Of a stretch of 64,000 bases of DNA, positions 8,327 to 18,039 are shown one piece after another. Location: positions 102,393-166,392 of the forward strand of contig JAZKEF010000011.1 in NCBI GenBank assembly GCA_040387195.1. Reading direction: 5' to 3'. A program made the translations under genes and the position numbers. Each line of letters begins with the position of its first letter. Position 1 is the first letter of the stretch. Origin of the DNA: Bacteroidota bacterium (lineage in GTDB: Bacteria; Bacteroidota; Bacteroidia; UKL13-3). The notes beneath the pieces are model-generated. The model ran no database searches, had not been told where the DNA came from, and was given only the letters and a program-made list of their open reading frames with translations.

Positions 8327-10525
8327 TTATTTCACGCTCATTCTGAATCCCACATAAATCACTCTTCCCATTACCGGTCCCCAAATCATGGAGGCATCAA
8401 AATAGTTGCCAAACGGATTGTTGGAGTCGATGATCTGACTGGATTGCACGAAGTCGAAAATGTTTTCGGCACCAAGGTATACCTCAAACTTCTTGAACCC
8501 ACGGGTTACCTGCGTATTGAAAACATAATACGGTTTTGACGTTGTTTCCATCCTCAATCCATCCGGATTGGCCGAAGTGTTCGGAATTCTGTTTTGTCCG
8601 AACCATTTGGCTGTAGCATCAAATTTCCACTTATCAAATCGGGTGGCATATGCAATATTAAACAAGATACGGTCTTTTGCAATTAATGGTTTCTGTAATA
8701 ACGAACCACTGTATGTAGTGCGAACATCCTGCCATTTGTATGCCAGTCGGAGTTCAAAACGTTTGATGGGTTCATAGTTCAGTTCGGTTTGAAAACTGTT
8801 GGCATACGATTGTCCTTTGAGGTTATACAAATGAACTTCCTGAGCGTTGCGGTCGAGGTCGGTCACTACCTGGTTTTCAAAATCGGTACGGAAAGCATCC
8901 ACTACAAACGTTGCATTTTTGCGTGCTACCTTAAACTTGTGTGTAAACGAAATACCATAGTTCCATGATACTTCCGGTTTGAAGGCTTCCTCTACAACAA
9001 CTGTACGGTTGCTGGCCATAATAGCCGGTTGTTCGATGAACACATTTGCCACACGCATCCCTCGTCCGCCCGAAAAACGCAACACGGAAACAGGAGCAAG
9101 GTTGATTTTTAAATGCGCCCTTGGGTTCACAAATGTTCCATACAAATTATGGTAATCGCCACGGATACCCAACAGTAAGGAGAGTTTGTTCAAACGTTCA
9201 AAATTGTATTCCGCAAACACTCCCGGAACAGATTCCATCCTTTTAAAACCCGAATCATTGTAACGTTCGTTATAGTTATCATACATGTACGATACACCGG
9301 TTTTGATTTTATGGTCGCTGGTATTGATGATGGTTTGGTACAATAGATTGGCATGTACGGATTGTTCTTTTCCATTGTAATTTTTAAAACCATAAAAGGC
9401 ATCATGCTCATAAGTACGTGCATTGAGCATTAACCCCAGACTTTTATAAGGCCTTCCTACAAAACCAAATGCTGTTTTGCTGAAACCCTCAAGGTGTTTA
9501 GTTTCAATACCCACTCCGTATATGCTGCGACTGATATTATCAGCCTTGTTGCTGTAGTTCATTTGTCCGCCTGTGCGGTTATCATAGTTAGCAGTGATGC
9601 CGAAGCTTGCCATGAGTTTACCAACACTCTCGTATTTCCAGCGATTTATGGCACCCATTTGGTATCCGGTAGCAACGTCAATAAATCCATCGTTGTTAAA
9701 ATCATTTTTACGGGCAACGGTGCTGGCGTGGGTGAGGAGCAAGGAGCTCCATTGTTTGTTGAACCGGTGACCAAGATGCACATTGCTTTCAAAACGGCCC
9801 CAATCTCCGGCATACAGGTTTACATGCAAACGTTCAGCTTTTTCAGGTTTAAGCAATTCAATATTGATTTGCCCCGACATGCTTTCGTAGCCGCTCACCA
9901 CCGAACCAACTCCTTTGGTAATATCGATACTTTGCACCCATGTGCCGGGAATATGTGCAAGTCCATAGTTGGTGGAAAGCCCACGAATACCCGGTTGCAA
10001 TTCAAACAAGGTTTGTGTGTACGAACCATCCAGTCCCAACATTTTAATTTGTTTGGTGCCGGTGAGGGCATCGCTATATGTTACATCCACCGTTGCGTTG
10101 GCTTCAAAACTTTCACTCAGGTTGCAGCATGCTGCTTTTTTTAGTTCTTTTATTCCAAGGCTTTGACGGTTGAGGGGATCAATGGTTGAAAAGGTAGTGG
10201 CTTCTTTTGTTTCTACAATTTCAACGTCCTTCAACTTGGAAGAAGGTTTGAGGCGAATATGCAACTCCGTTTGTTCGGCAAAAGGAATTGTATCAGGGGT
10301 GTAGCCGATAAAGGAAACAACCAGCCTGGCCGGAACCTTAACGGGGTAAGCAATCTCGAAGGCTCCATTCACATCAGCACTGGTGCCCTGAGATGTATTA
10401 AGCCAGAACACGGTTGCTCCGGGAAGTGCCTGACGTGTATCGTCATCCATCACACTTCCTTTGATGGTCTGTGCTCTTGCCTGCATGCAGGTGAGCAGTG
10501 TAAACAGAATCAGGATATATTTCAT
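8327..10525 (-). CDS. TonB-dependent receptor (CarboxypepD_reg N-terminus, plug, beta-barrel)
   Basis: 732 aa. Signal peptide. TIKGSVMDDDTRQALPGATVFW N-terminal domain. Plug region. C-terminal aromatic residue. Confidence 0.85.
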   Translation of the reverse strand: MKYILILFTLLTCMQARAQTIKGSVMDDDTRQALPGATVFWLNTSQGTSADVNGAFEIAYPVKVPARLVVSFIGYTPDTIPFAEQTELHIRLKPSSKLKDVEIVETKEATTFSTIDPLNRQSLGIKELKKAACCNLSESFEANATVDVTYSDALTGTKQIKMLGLDGSYTQTLFELQPGIRGLSTNYGLAHIPGTWVQSIDITKGVGSVVSGYESMSGQINIELLKPEKAERLHVNLYAGDWGRFESNVHLGHRFNKQWSSLLLTHASTVARKNDFNNDGFIDVATGYQMGAINRWKYESVGKLMASFGITANYDNRTGGQMNYSNKADNISRSIYGVGIETKHLEGFSKTAFGFVGRPYKSLGLMLNARTYEHDAFYGFKNYNGKEQSVHANLLYQTIINTSDHKIKTGVSYMYDNYNERYNDSGFKRMESVPGVFAEYNFERLNKLSLLLGIRGDYHNLYGTFVNPRAHLKINLAPVSVLRFSGGRGMRVANVFIEQPAIMASNRTVVVEEAFKPEVSWNYGISFTHKFKVARKNATFVVDAFRTDFENQVVTDLDRNAQEVHLYNLKGQSYANSFQTELNYEPIKRFELRLAYKWQDVRTTYSGSLLQKPLIAKDRILFNIAYATRFDKWKFDATAKWFGQNRIPNTSANPDGLRMETTSKPYYVFNTQVTRGFKKFEVYLGAENIFDFVQSSQIIDSNNPFGNYFDASMIWGPVMGRVIYVGFRMSVK

Positions 10526-10552
10526 TTGAACTAAATTCTTTTTTATAAATGG

Positions 10553-11260
10553 TTAGAGTAAGTATAACATAACGGCACTCATTACAATCATCAATGTATC
10601 TTCTATAATGGTAACAGTGCTCATGGGTAAATTAAAAACAGCACCAAGACAAGCACACTGAATCTTACGTTTGTTTAATACACTTTGCAATACCCCAATT
10701 ACACTGATGCTCATCACAACAATGGTGGCAATGTTTGTATAGAAGGGCTTGAAAGAGGTAACAAATGCAATTCCCAACGCCAATTCCAAAAACGGATAAA
10801 CATATCCATATAACTTCACACGTTTGGCAACAACATCATACATCGCGTAACTTTCGGCAAATCCTTTTATGTCAAGTAACTTGAAAAAAGAGAAGGTGAG
10901 AAAAAATCCTGCCATGAATGTGTTCATAAAGTGCATCAGGTTGAATCCGGAGGTAAGTACCGAAACGCCTGTAATAAACATAAAAACCAACAGCAGGGGT
11001 TTATAAGTTGCAAGCCATGAAGGTGTTTTCGCAGTTGGTTCCATCTGTGCAGTTTCTTGTATTTGATATTTGCCTGTAGGTCCGCCCAATGCCGCTTGCA
11101 ACGTGTTTATTCCGATGTGTTTCGACATGGTTATGGTGGCAGTATTGGTGTGTTGAGAAACGGTAACCTCCTGTATATCCGACAAAGCAAGCAGTTTGCT
11201 TTTTACGGTTGCTTCGCAGCCCGAACAGGTCATTCCGGTTAGTTGATAGGTATGTGTCAT
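10553..11260 (-). CDS. N-terminal HMA domain fused to a four-TM membrane domain (CxC motif)
   Basis: MTHTYQLTGMTCSGCEATVKSKL is an HMA domain. Hydrophobic helices follow, with KIQCACLGAVFN. Confidence 0.6.
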   Translation of the reverse strand: MTHTYQLTGMTCSGCEATVKSKLLALSDIQEVTVSQHTNTATITMSKHIGINTLQAALGGPTGKYQIQETAQMEPTAKTPSWLATYKPLLLVFMFITGVSVLTSGFNLMHFMNTFMAGFFLTFSFFKLLDIKGFAESYAMYDVVAKRVKLYGYVYPFLELALGIAFVTSFKPFYTNIATIVVMSISVIGVLQSVLNKRKIQCACLGAVFNLPMSTVTIIEDTLMIVMSAVMLYLL

Positions 11261-11344
11261 GTTGTTATTGTTAAAATGTACCTACAAAGCACGCTACTGC
11301 AAGGCGATTGCATGTGATACAATTTTGGAATTGATTGGCATGAT

Positions 11345-11905
11345 TTACAGTTCTTCCAATGGTGTCCTTTTTTTCTCTTTCAATTGTTTAAAATGGGTTG
11401 GCCTGAAGCCCGTAACTTTTTGAAACTGTTTGCTCAGGTGCGATACACTGCTGTAGTTCATTTCCAATGCAATTTCACTCAGCGAACGTTCATCATACAT
11501 CAGCAATTCTTTTACCCGTTCAATTTTCTGGGCAATTACATACTGTTCAATGGTTGTTCCTTCCACCTCCGAAAAGAGGTTGCTCAGATATGTATAATCA
11601 TGCAGTAGTTGCTCACTCAAATATGTAGAAAGGTTGGTTTTGAGCGGAACATCCGAGTGATGAACAAGCTTGATGACAATGGTTTTGATCTTCTCAATAA
11701 GCAGACTTTTTTTATTGTCGATCAATACAAACCCGAATGATACCAATGCGGCATTCAGGTTCATTTTCTGAGCATCGCTGATATCATGTCTAAGCGTTAT
11801 TTCACCCAGATCCACGGATTCCGGTTCTATACCGAGTTTACTAAACTCATTGTGCACAATCATTTTGCAACGGTTGCACACCATATTTTTAATGTAAAGT
11901 TTCAT
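11345..11905 (-). CDS. AraC-type transcriptional regulator with an HMA-like N-terminal domain
   Basis: MKLYIKNMVCNRCKMIV (HMA-like). C-terminal SLSEIALEMNYSSVSHLSKQFQKVTGFRPTHFK is an AraC HTH. Confidence 0.7.
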   Translation of the reverse strand: MKLYIKNMVCNRCKMIVHNEFSKLGIEPESVDLGEITLRHDISDAQKMNLNAALVSFGFVLIDNKKSLLIEKIKTIVIKLVHHSDVPLKTNLSTYLSEQLLHDYTYLSNLFSEVEGTTIEQYVIAQKIERVKELLMYDERSLSEIALEMNYSSVSHLSKQFQKVTGFRPTHFKQLKEKKRTPLEEL

Positions 11906-11974
11906 GATGTGTATGTAATTTCTTCAATTCAAAAAGCAAAAAGCTTCTGTTACGGGTGTTAAACCCGGAAGAAA

Positions 11975-12406
11975 TCAAATACGGAAGTTTTGTGTGCGGC
12001 TCTGTTGATGCTGTTTTCGGCAGAGTAAAGGAGGAGCAGGTGCTTTTTCAGAAGGGGTATGTGTTAATGGAGCAATTACTTTTGGTGGTGCATACAATAC
12101 TAATGTAGCATTAAGGGTATGTCCGGTAGCTGTTTGGGGGGTGTATACCAAACTGCTTTCTTCCAATTGTAAAAAGGAATTATCAAAATCGCAGCAACCT
12201 TCAGGTTCCGGTAATTGTTTGGGAATAGGTTTGCAACAATCCTTTGTTTCGGCTTCGTGGTGGCAGGAAGCGTCATCATTAGTAATTGAAATACTCACAT
12301 GTCCGTCCTCCAGACATACCATCTTATATACAGGCACACCGGTATAACCAATGAGGATACTCAATGATAGGATACAGGCCGTAAATATGTTGGTTGCTTT
12401 TTTCAA
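11975..12406 (-). CDS. Secreted Cys/His-rich protein (possible metal-binding)
   Basis: Signal peptide. CHHEAETKDCCKPIPKQLPEPEGCCDF. First gene of the minus-strand metal cluster. Confidence 0.5.
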   Translation of the reverse strand: MKKATNIFTACILSLSILIGYTGVPVYKMVCLEDGHVSISITNDDASCHHEAETKDCCKPIPKQLPEPEGCCDFDNSFLQLEESSLVYTPQTATGHTLNATLVLYAPPKVIAPLTHTPSEKAPAPPLLCRKQHQQSRTQNFRI

Positions 12407-12522
12407 CGATTCAAATATAGGCGTTTGATTGATAAACAGCTATGATAAAAATTTCTTAATAAATAACGACTGTCAGATATTGTGACAACATGAGTGAGCG
12501 GTCTTCTGCAATGTTGTTGCCC

Positions 12523-12564
12523 GCAGATTTCGCAGATTCCGCTGATCTTTTATGCGAAATCTGC
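12523..12564. promoter_or_regulatory. Perfect 12-bp inverted repeat upstream of the metal operon
   Basis: gcagatttcgca-N18-tgcgaaatctgc. No T-run after it, so it is probably not a terminator. Confidence 0.35.
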
Positions 12565-12587
12565 TGGAATAATTAGCTCGCATATTT

Positions 12588-13172
12588 CTAGTAGATGGTC
12601 GAATGATAATCAACTTCAACACTCACCCAATGGCCGATTTCCTCAGTCATGATGGTAAACGTTTCACCTGTATTGAAGCGTATAAAATCCTTAGCATTCA
12701 ATATATAGTCTCTTTCCTGATACCTTAATATGGCATTTCCTTCCAACCAGTATACTCCATAAAAATCATCTTCAACAGTAATTGAAATATGCTGTTTGGC
12801 TTGTAATAATTGATGTTTGCATCTGCCCGTTACACCCTCAGCCATCATTAAGTTAAAGTCGGTTACCTTTCCTATGGCTGATGTTTCCCAACCACCATCA
12901 AACCTGTCGCTATCAAATGTATGAAGCGTTTTAGTATGATGATTTTGATGTGTTATCACCAATAAGCCATTCAAAATCATGAGGACTCGCTGAAAACCGG
13001 GAAGAGATGTGAACGTTGATGTTTCCGTTTCAACAGTGGCCGTGCTGATGCGGAACAAAAAATCCCGTCCGGCATAGGTTGAATCTTTGGGGTAAACGCA
13101 AAGCTGGGTGGTGGTGCCACCCGACCAGTTCGTGGTATGTTGCAATGCTTTTGGTAAAATGAACATGTGCAA
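12588..13172 (-). CDS. HutD family protein (Ves-like)
   Basis: 194 aa. The WSGGTTTQL motif and length fit HutD/Ves. Confidence 0.55.
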   Translation of the reverse strand: MHMFILPKALQHTTNWSGGTTTQLCVYPKDSTYAGRDFLFRISTATVETETSTFTSLPGFQRVLMILNGLLVITHQNHHTKTLHTFDSDRFDGGWETSAIGKVTDFNLMMAEGVTGRCKHQLLQAKQHISITVEDDFYGVYWLEGNAILRYQERDYILNAKDFIRFNTGETFTIMTEEIGHWVSVEVDYHSTIY

Positions 13173-13332
13173 GTTTACTTCGGAAATTGGTAAAAAGAAG
13201 TATATTGAACAGCATATGTGTATTACAACTGTGCCATATCACCTTAATGGGGGATTTACAACTTACTCTATGCTGTTACATTTGAGGTTGAAAATAGATT
13301 CAACATTTCTAACCTATTAAACAACAAAAATT

Positions 13333-14034
13333 ATGGCACAAGAATTTAATCTCAACTTAAGAGGAGCCTTACTAACTCCAGAAGCAAAACAATCCATCAA
13401 CTATTATTTATGTTTGATTACCATGCCCACATTACCCAATGGTGCGCAACCTGTTTTTACACCCGTGTATCCTACTGATACGGACCCTAGCGGAGTATTG
13501 AATTATACCTACGATGGAATATTTGAAGCAATATCGGGTAATAGCTACTCAGACTATATGTTGCCGATATACGCAAACCAGATGGTGCAGAATGTAACTT
13601 CGGTTAACGTTACCGATTCGGCAGGAAATTATACAAAGGGTGATCCTAACAGCAGAATTCCACCGGTAGCCCCCATTGCAGCAGACCGCAATAGCAATTA
13701 TACTCCCGCCAACCAGGTTTTTATCGGACAGTATAACCGTGCCAATTGTTTTGTGCTTGTAATGGTATCTACCGCTGAAAGTGATTTTCATCCAACAGGA
13801 GGGTATAAAAACACCTTCGGGTCATACACTCCGGTAACTTCGGAGCAGGGTTTGGTCATGCAATGCCAGATGACAGCTGTTGATGGCTTACCCGCCCGTG
13901 CTGTGATTGGTGCTTTTCCTTCAGCCAACGGACAATATGCCTATACACAGGCTATTGACAAGTCTGGTGTAGGTGGTTCTTCCCTTGTTATTCATTGGGA
14001 CCCTAACGGAATTTTTCCACCAATAGATCTTTAA
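13333..14034 (+). CDS. Hypothetical protein, translationally coupled to the first adenylate cyclase
   Basis: 233 aa. Rich in N/Y/T/S/G/P. No signal peptide and no recognisable domain. Stop TAA lies 2 nt before the ATG of the next gene. Confidence 0.5.
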   Translation: MAQEFNLNLRGALLTPEAKQSINYYLCLITMPTLPNGAQPVFTPVYPTDTDPSGVLNYTYDGIFEAISGNSYSDYMLPIYANQMVQNVTSVNVTDSAGNYTKGDPNSRIPPVAPIAADRNSNYTPANQVFIGQYNRANCFVLVMVSTAESDFHPTGGYKNTFGSYTPVTSEQGLVMQCQMTAVDGLPARAVIGAFPSANGQYAYTQAIDKSGVGGSSLVIHWDPNGIFPPIDL

Positions 14035-14036
14035 CC

Positions 14037-15926
14037 ATGAAAAGAAGAGTTTATTTGCTGTTGTGTATTGCTATGTTTTCTTTAACTGCTTATGCAGGGA
14101 ATAGGGATGCGCAGGATACTGCAGCAGTAAATAAGCTTCTCCGACAATCTTCTTCTCTGCAACGCAGCAATGTAGATTCATGCTACCTTTTAGCTATACA
14201 AGCATTACAGCTATCTCAAAATGCTCAATATCAACAAGGTTTAGCCGGAGCCTATATACGCATGAGTGCAGTGATGATGATTAAAGGGAAGAGTGATTCA
14301 GCAATGAGTTATGCTCAAATGGCAATTGCTATAAGCGAGCACATAGAAGACCATCTTAGAACATCATATGCATATCTGTTAATGGGATACTTGTATCAGG
14401 ATAAAGGCATGCCGGATTCATCAATGGCAATGATTTATGAGTCGCAACGCTATGGTGAATTGGCAAAGGACTCCGGCAATCTTCTGAGGGTATTTGGTGT
14501 ATTGGGAAATTTTCATCTAGAGTATAAAGAGTATGATAAAGCATTGTTTTATTATCTAAAAACATATAAGCTTTCACTTAAGGTGAATAATATGTCCTCA
14601 GCTGCTGATGCCCTTATAGGAATTGGCAATGTGTATTATTTTAAAGGGAAGTTGCACACTGCACTACGGTATTATTTTAAGGTTGATTCGTTGAGCAGAC
14701 TTCTAAATGAAAAAACAGGGGTAGCTCAGAACTTAAATAATATAGCGTTGTGTTATGCCGATTTGAAACAATATGACAAGGCGCTGGACTATTACCTGAT
14801 GGCGTTGAAGGAATACCAGGCATTTGGTATGCGCAGTGAGGAGGCTAATTTATATTATAACCTTGCCTGTATGTATGAGGCGCTCCAACAGAGCAATGGT
14901 GTGGTTTTTTATGCGAACAAAGCTCTTATACTTGCTCAGGAGTTGGATGGCAGGGATAAAGTTGCTAAATGTTACCAATTATTGGCTAGAGCATACGGAC
15001 AAAAAGGAGATTACACCAAAGCATATCACTACCAGGAACAATATGCATTGCTGAATGATTCTTTGCTGAACACCGAAAAAGTACGCAGCATCAGTGAAAT
15101 GCAAACCAAGTATGAGACTGAACTCAAAAACCAGGAGATTGCTATTTTGCAGAGGGAGAATGATATCAGCAGGTTAAAAGCTTCTCGGAGTTTGGGAATG
15201 AATGTGGGGTTGGGGAGTGCGTTGCTCGGAATTGTGTTTGTTGCATTTGGTTTTTATACCCAAAGCAAGAAAAAAGAAAAGCTGAACACTGAGCTAACCT
15301 TTGAAAAGAAAAAGTCGGATGATTTGCTCCTGAACATTTTACCGGAAGAAGTAGCCAACGAACTCAAACAAAACGGAGAGGCCGTTGCCCGCCAGTACAA
15401 CAATGTAACGGTGTTGTTTACTGATTTTGTAAACTTTACCGGACTCAGCGAACAAATGAGTCCCACCGAACTGGTGCAGGAAATTCACCGGAACTTTACG
15501 GCTTTTGATGCCATCATTGAAAAGCATGGATTGGAAAAAATAAAGACTATCGGTGATGCATATTTAGCAGTGTGCGGATTGCCTAATGAAACCACAGACC
15601 ATGCACAACGTGTTGCCAGAGCTGCGTTGGATATCCGCGATTATATGGCTAATAACTCAGGTAAGTTTGAAGTGCGTATAGGTATTCATAGCGGTCCTGT
15701 GGTTGCCGGAATTGTAGGGGTTAAAAAATATGCTTACGACATTTGGGGTGATACGGTGAACACCGCAAGTCGCATGGAAAGCAGCAGTGAAGCCGGTAAA
15801 ATCAATATCAGTACATCAACTTATGAATTGATAAAAGCAGCATTCAATTGCACCTACCGCGGTAAAATAAACGCCAAACATAAAGGGGAAGTAGACATGT
15901 ATTTTATTGACCAATCGGTAACTTAA
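14037..15926 (+). CDS. Class III adenylate cyclase with periplasmic TPR sensor domain and one TM
   Basis: Signal peptide. TPR repeats, coiled coil and a TM helix. Cyclase domain FTDFVNFTG...KTIGDAYLAV...YDIWGDTVNTASRME...KGEVDMYF carries metal-binding Asp, the adenine-specifying Lys/Asp pair, and Asn, Arg and Lys catalytic residues. Confidence 0.85.
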   Translation: MKRRVYLLLCIAMFSLTAYAGNRDAQDTAAVNKLLRQSSSLQRSNVDSCYLLAIQALQLSQNAQYQQGLAGAYIRMSAVMMIKGKSDSAMSYAQMAIAISEHIEDHLRTSYAYLLMGYLYQDKGMPDSSMAMIYESQRYGELAKDSGNLLRVFGVLGNFHLEYKEYDKALFYYLKTYKLSLKVNNMSSAADALIGIGNVYYFKGKLHTALRYYFKVDSLSRLLNEKTGVAQNLNNIALCYADLKQYDKALDYYLMALKEYQAFGMRSEEANLYYNLACMYEALQQSNGVVFYANKALILAQELDGRDKVAKCYQLLARAYGQKGDYTKAYHYQEQYALLNDSLLNTEKVRSISEMQTKYETELKNQEIAILQRENDISRLKASRSLGMNVGLGSALLGIVFVAFGFYTQSKKKEKLNTELTFEKKKSDDLLLNILPEEVANELKQNGEAVARQYNNVTVLFTDFVNFTGLSEQMSPTELVQEIHRNFTAFDAIIEKHGLEKIKTIGDAYLAVCGLPNETTDHAQRVARAALDIRDYMANNSGKFEVRIGIHSGPVVAGIVGVKKYAYDIWGDTVNTASRMESSSEAGKINISTSTYELIKAAFNCTYRGKINAKHKGEVDMYFIDQSVT

Positions 15927-15945
15927 TGTATATTTAGCGCTACTC

Positions 15946-17937
15946 ATGAACAGCATATTTAAATCCACAATGACCATCCGAAAATACATACTTGTTGTTT
16001 TGTTGTGTAGCTTATGTTCGACCATAACACATGCTCAACGAGCAAAAGATACCTTAAGCGTTTCATTGACGATGGATAGTTTATCCTCCTCATTTAACCG
16101 CCTTTGGTGGAAGTATTCTCCGGTTGACGATTCGGCCGCAGTTGCCCCGGCATTTAATGACAGCAACTGGAAGTATATGCTTTCCGAAAGAATTGATTCG
16201 AACAACTTTAAAGGAATTGGTTGGTTCAGATTACACTTTACCATTGATTCAACTATGGTGCATAAACCCATTGCTTTCGGGATGCGGCAAAAAGGGGCAT
16301 CGGAAATCTATCTTGATGGCAAACTGGTAAAGCGCTACGGCAACATTAACGGAAAAGACAGCACGGAGCATTACGACCCGCAAAATGTACCGATTATTCT
16401 AATTATGGATTCGGTGGGTGAACATGTATTGGCAGTGAGATATGCCCGTTATGATTTTCCGCATGGGGAGTACGTAGGTTTTTCAATAGAGATGTCTTCG
16501 GCCGACAATACCATTGAACAAAAGCGGGTGAATGATGTGCTCATAACGGTATTTTTGATTGTGCTGTTTGTTGTATTCTTTACACTGAGCTTTTTACATT
16601 TATTGTTTTTCCTGTACTACAAACACAATGTATCCAATTTGTGGTTCAGTATCTTCATGTTTTGCATTGCCGGAATCTGGTTTGCCAACTTTTGGGCATT
16701 GTTTACCAGTGATCCCGATTTTAATGCGCGCTTAAAAGACGCGATGATGGTTTTTGCCTGCATAGCGTGTTTTTCTTTTTTGCTGTTCATTCATATCCTG
16801 TTTGCCAACCAAAAAAGATGGTGGATCATTATAGCGTTTTTGTTAAGCACCATTACCATGGTTGTGTATTTTTCAGATTCATTTGATGCAGGACCACTGA
16901 TGTTTGTGATGCTGGGTTATGTTGCTGTGTATAGTATTGTGTGTCTGTTAAGAGCCATTATCAAAAAGATAAAAGGTGCAGTGATTCTGGGAGTGGGGTT
17001 TGGCTTTTTCATGGTGTCCTTATTTTTTGTGGTGCTCCTGGCCTTTATTATGGAGGGGTTGGAATTTAATACAGGCAATAGCGTCCTCGGTGGAATATTG
17101 GTTGTCGTTCTATTGCTGGATATTGTATGTATTCCAATCACCATGTCGGTATATCAGGCGTGGATGTTTGCCAAATTAAATAAAGACCTTACCTCACAAC
17201 TGCAACAAGTAAAAGACCTTTCGGAAACCACCATCAAACAGGAGCAAGAGAAAAAACAGATTCTTGAAAACCAGAATGCACAATTGGAGTTGATGGTGGC
17301 CGACCGTACCGCACAACTTACACTCGAAAAACGCAAGAGTGATGAATTGCTCCTCAATATATTACCCGAAGGTGTTGCCGAAGAACTTAAAAATACCGGC
17401 AGTGCCGAGGCCAAACAATACAATAATGTAAGTGTACTGTTTAGCGATTTTGTGAATTTTACCGGCTTGAGTGAACGTATGACGCCAACCGAGCTGGTAA
17501 AGGAAATTCACCGTCATTTCACAGCATTTGATGCTATTATTGAAAAACACGGATTGGAAAAAATAAAAACGATCGGAGATGCATACATGGCAGTATGCGG
17601 TTTACCGGTTGAAACACCCGACCATGCCCAACGTGTGGTAAGGGCATCATTGGATATTTTGCACTACATGGAACAATCGGGAAGCAGGTTCAGTATTCGG
17701 ATGGGTGTGCATACCGGAGCTGTTGTTGCCGGAATTGTGGGTGTAAAAAAGTATGCGTATGATATTTGGGGTGATACGGTAAATACAGCAGCGCGTATGG
17801 AACAAAACAGTGAGTCTGGAAAAATCAATATCAGCGGTACTACTTATGAACTGGTGAAACGTGAATTTACCTGCACACACCGCGGAAAGATTCAGGCGAA
17901 GAATAAAGGGGAGATTGATATGTACTTTGTGAATTAA
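15946..17937 (+). CDS. Class III adenylate cyclase with a 7TMR-DISM sensor (DISMED2 extracellular domain plus 7 TM)
   Basis: N-terminal extracellular domain NWKYMLSERIDSNNFKGIGWFRLHFTIDS. Seven hydrophobic helices and a coiled coil. Cyclase domain as in 14037..15926. Confidence 0.8.
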   Translation: MNSIFKSTMTIRKYILVVLLCSLCSTITHAQRAKDTLSVSLTMDSLSSSFNRLWWKYSPVDDSAAVAPAFNDSNWKYMLSERIDSNNFKGIGWFRLHFTIDSTMVHKPIAFGMRQKGASEIYLDGKLVKRYGNINGKDSTEHYDPQNVPIILIMDSVGEHVLAVRYARYDFPHGEYVGFSIEMSSADNTIEQKRVNDVLITVFLIVLFVVFFTLSFLHLLFFLYYKHNVSNLWFSIFMFCIAGIWFANFWALFTSDPDFNARLKDAMMVFACIACFSFLLFIHILFANQKRWWIIIAFLLSTITMVVYFSDSFDAGPLMFVMLGYVAVYSIVCLLRAIIKKIKGAVILGVGFGFFMVSLFFVVLLAFIMEGLEFNTGNSVLGGILVVVLLLDIVCIPITMSVYQAWMFAKLNKDLTSQLQQVKDLSETTIKQEQEKKQILENQNAQLELMVADRTAQLTLEKRKSDELLLNILPEGVAEELKNTGSAEAKQYNNVSVLFSDFVNFTGLSERMTPTELVKEIHRHFTAFDAIIEKHGLEKIKTIGDAYMAVCGLPVETPDHAQRVVRASLDILHYMEQSGSRFSIRMGVHTGAVVAGIVGVKKYAYDIWGDTVNTAARMEQNSESGKINISGTTYELVKREFTCTHRGKIQAKNKGEIDMYFVN

Positions 17938-18039
17938 CATCAAAGTTTGACACACCGAGCAGGTTGTTGGGAAACACATTGTAATTTAAGTACCTTTAAA
18001 ATGTGTTCGGTAAAATATTGTTGAACAACGTATCTACTC

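Noticed and set aside
15339-15527. Conserved antisense ORFs of 60-62 aa inside each cyclase domain (15339-15527, 17362-17550, 26561-26749, 28518-28700)
   Set aside because: They recur only because the sense-strand cyclase domain is conserved. They overlap a strongly supported CDS entirely and have no start or stop context of their own.
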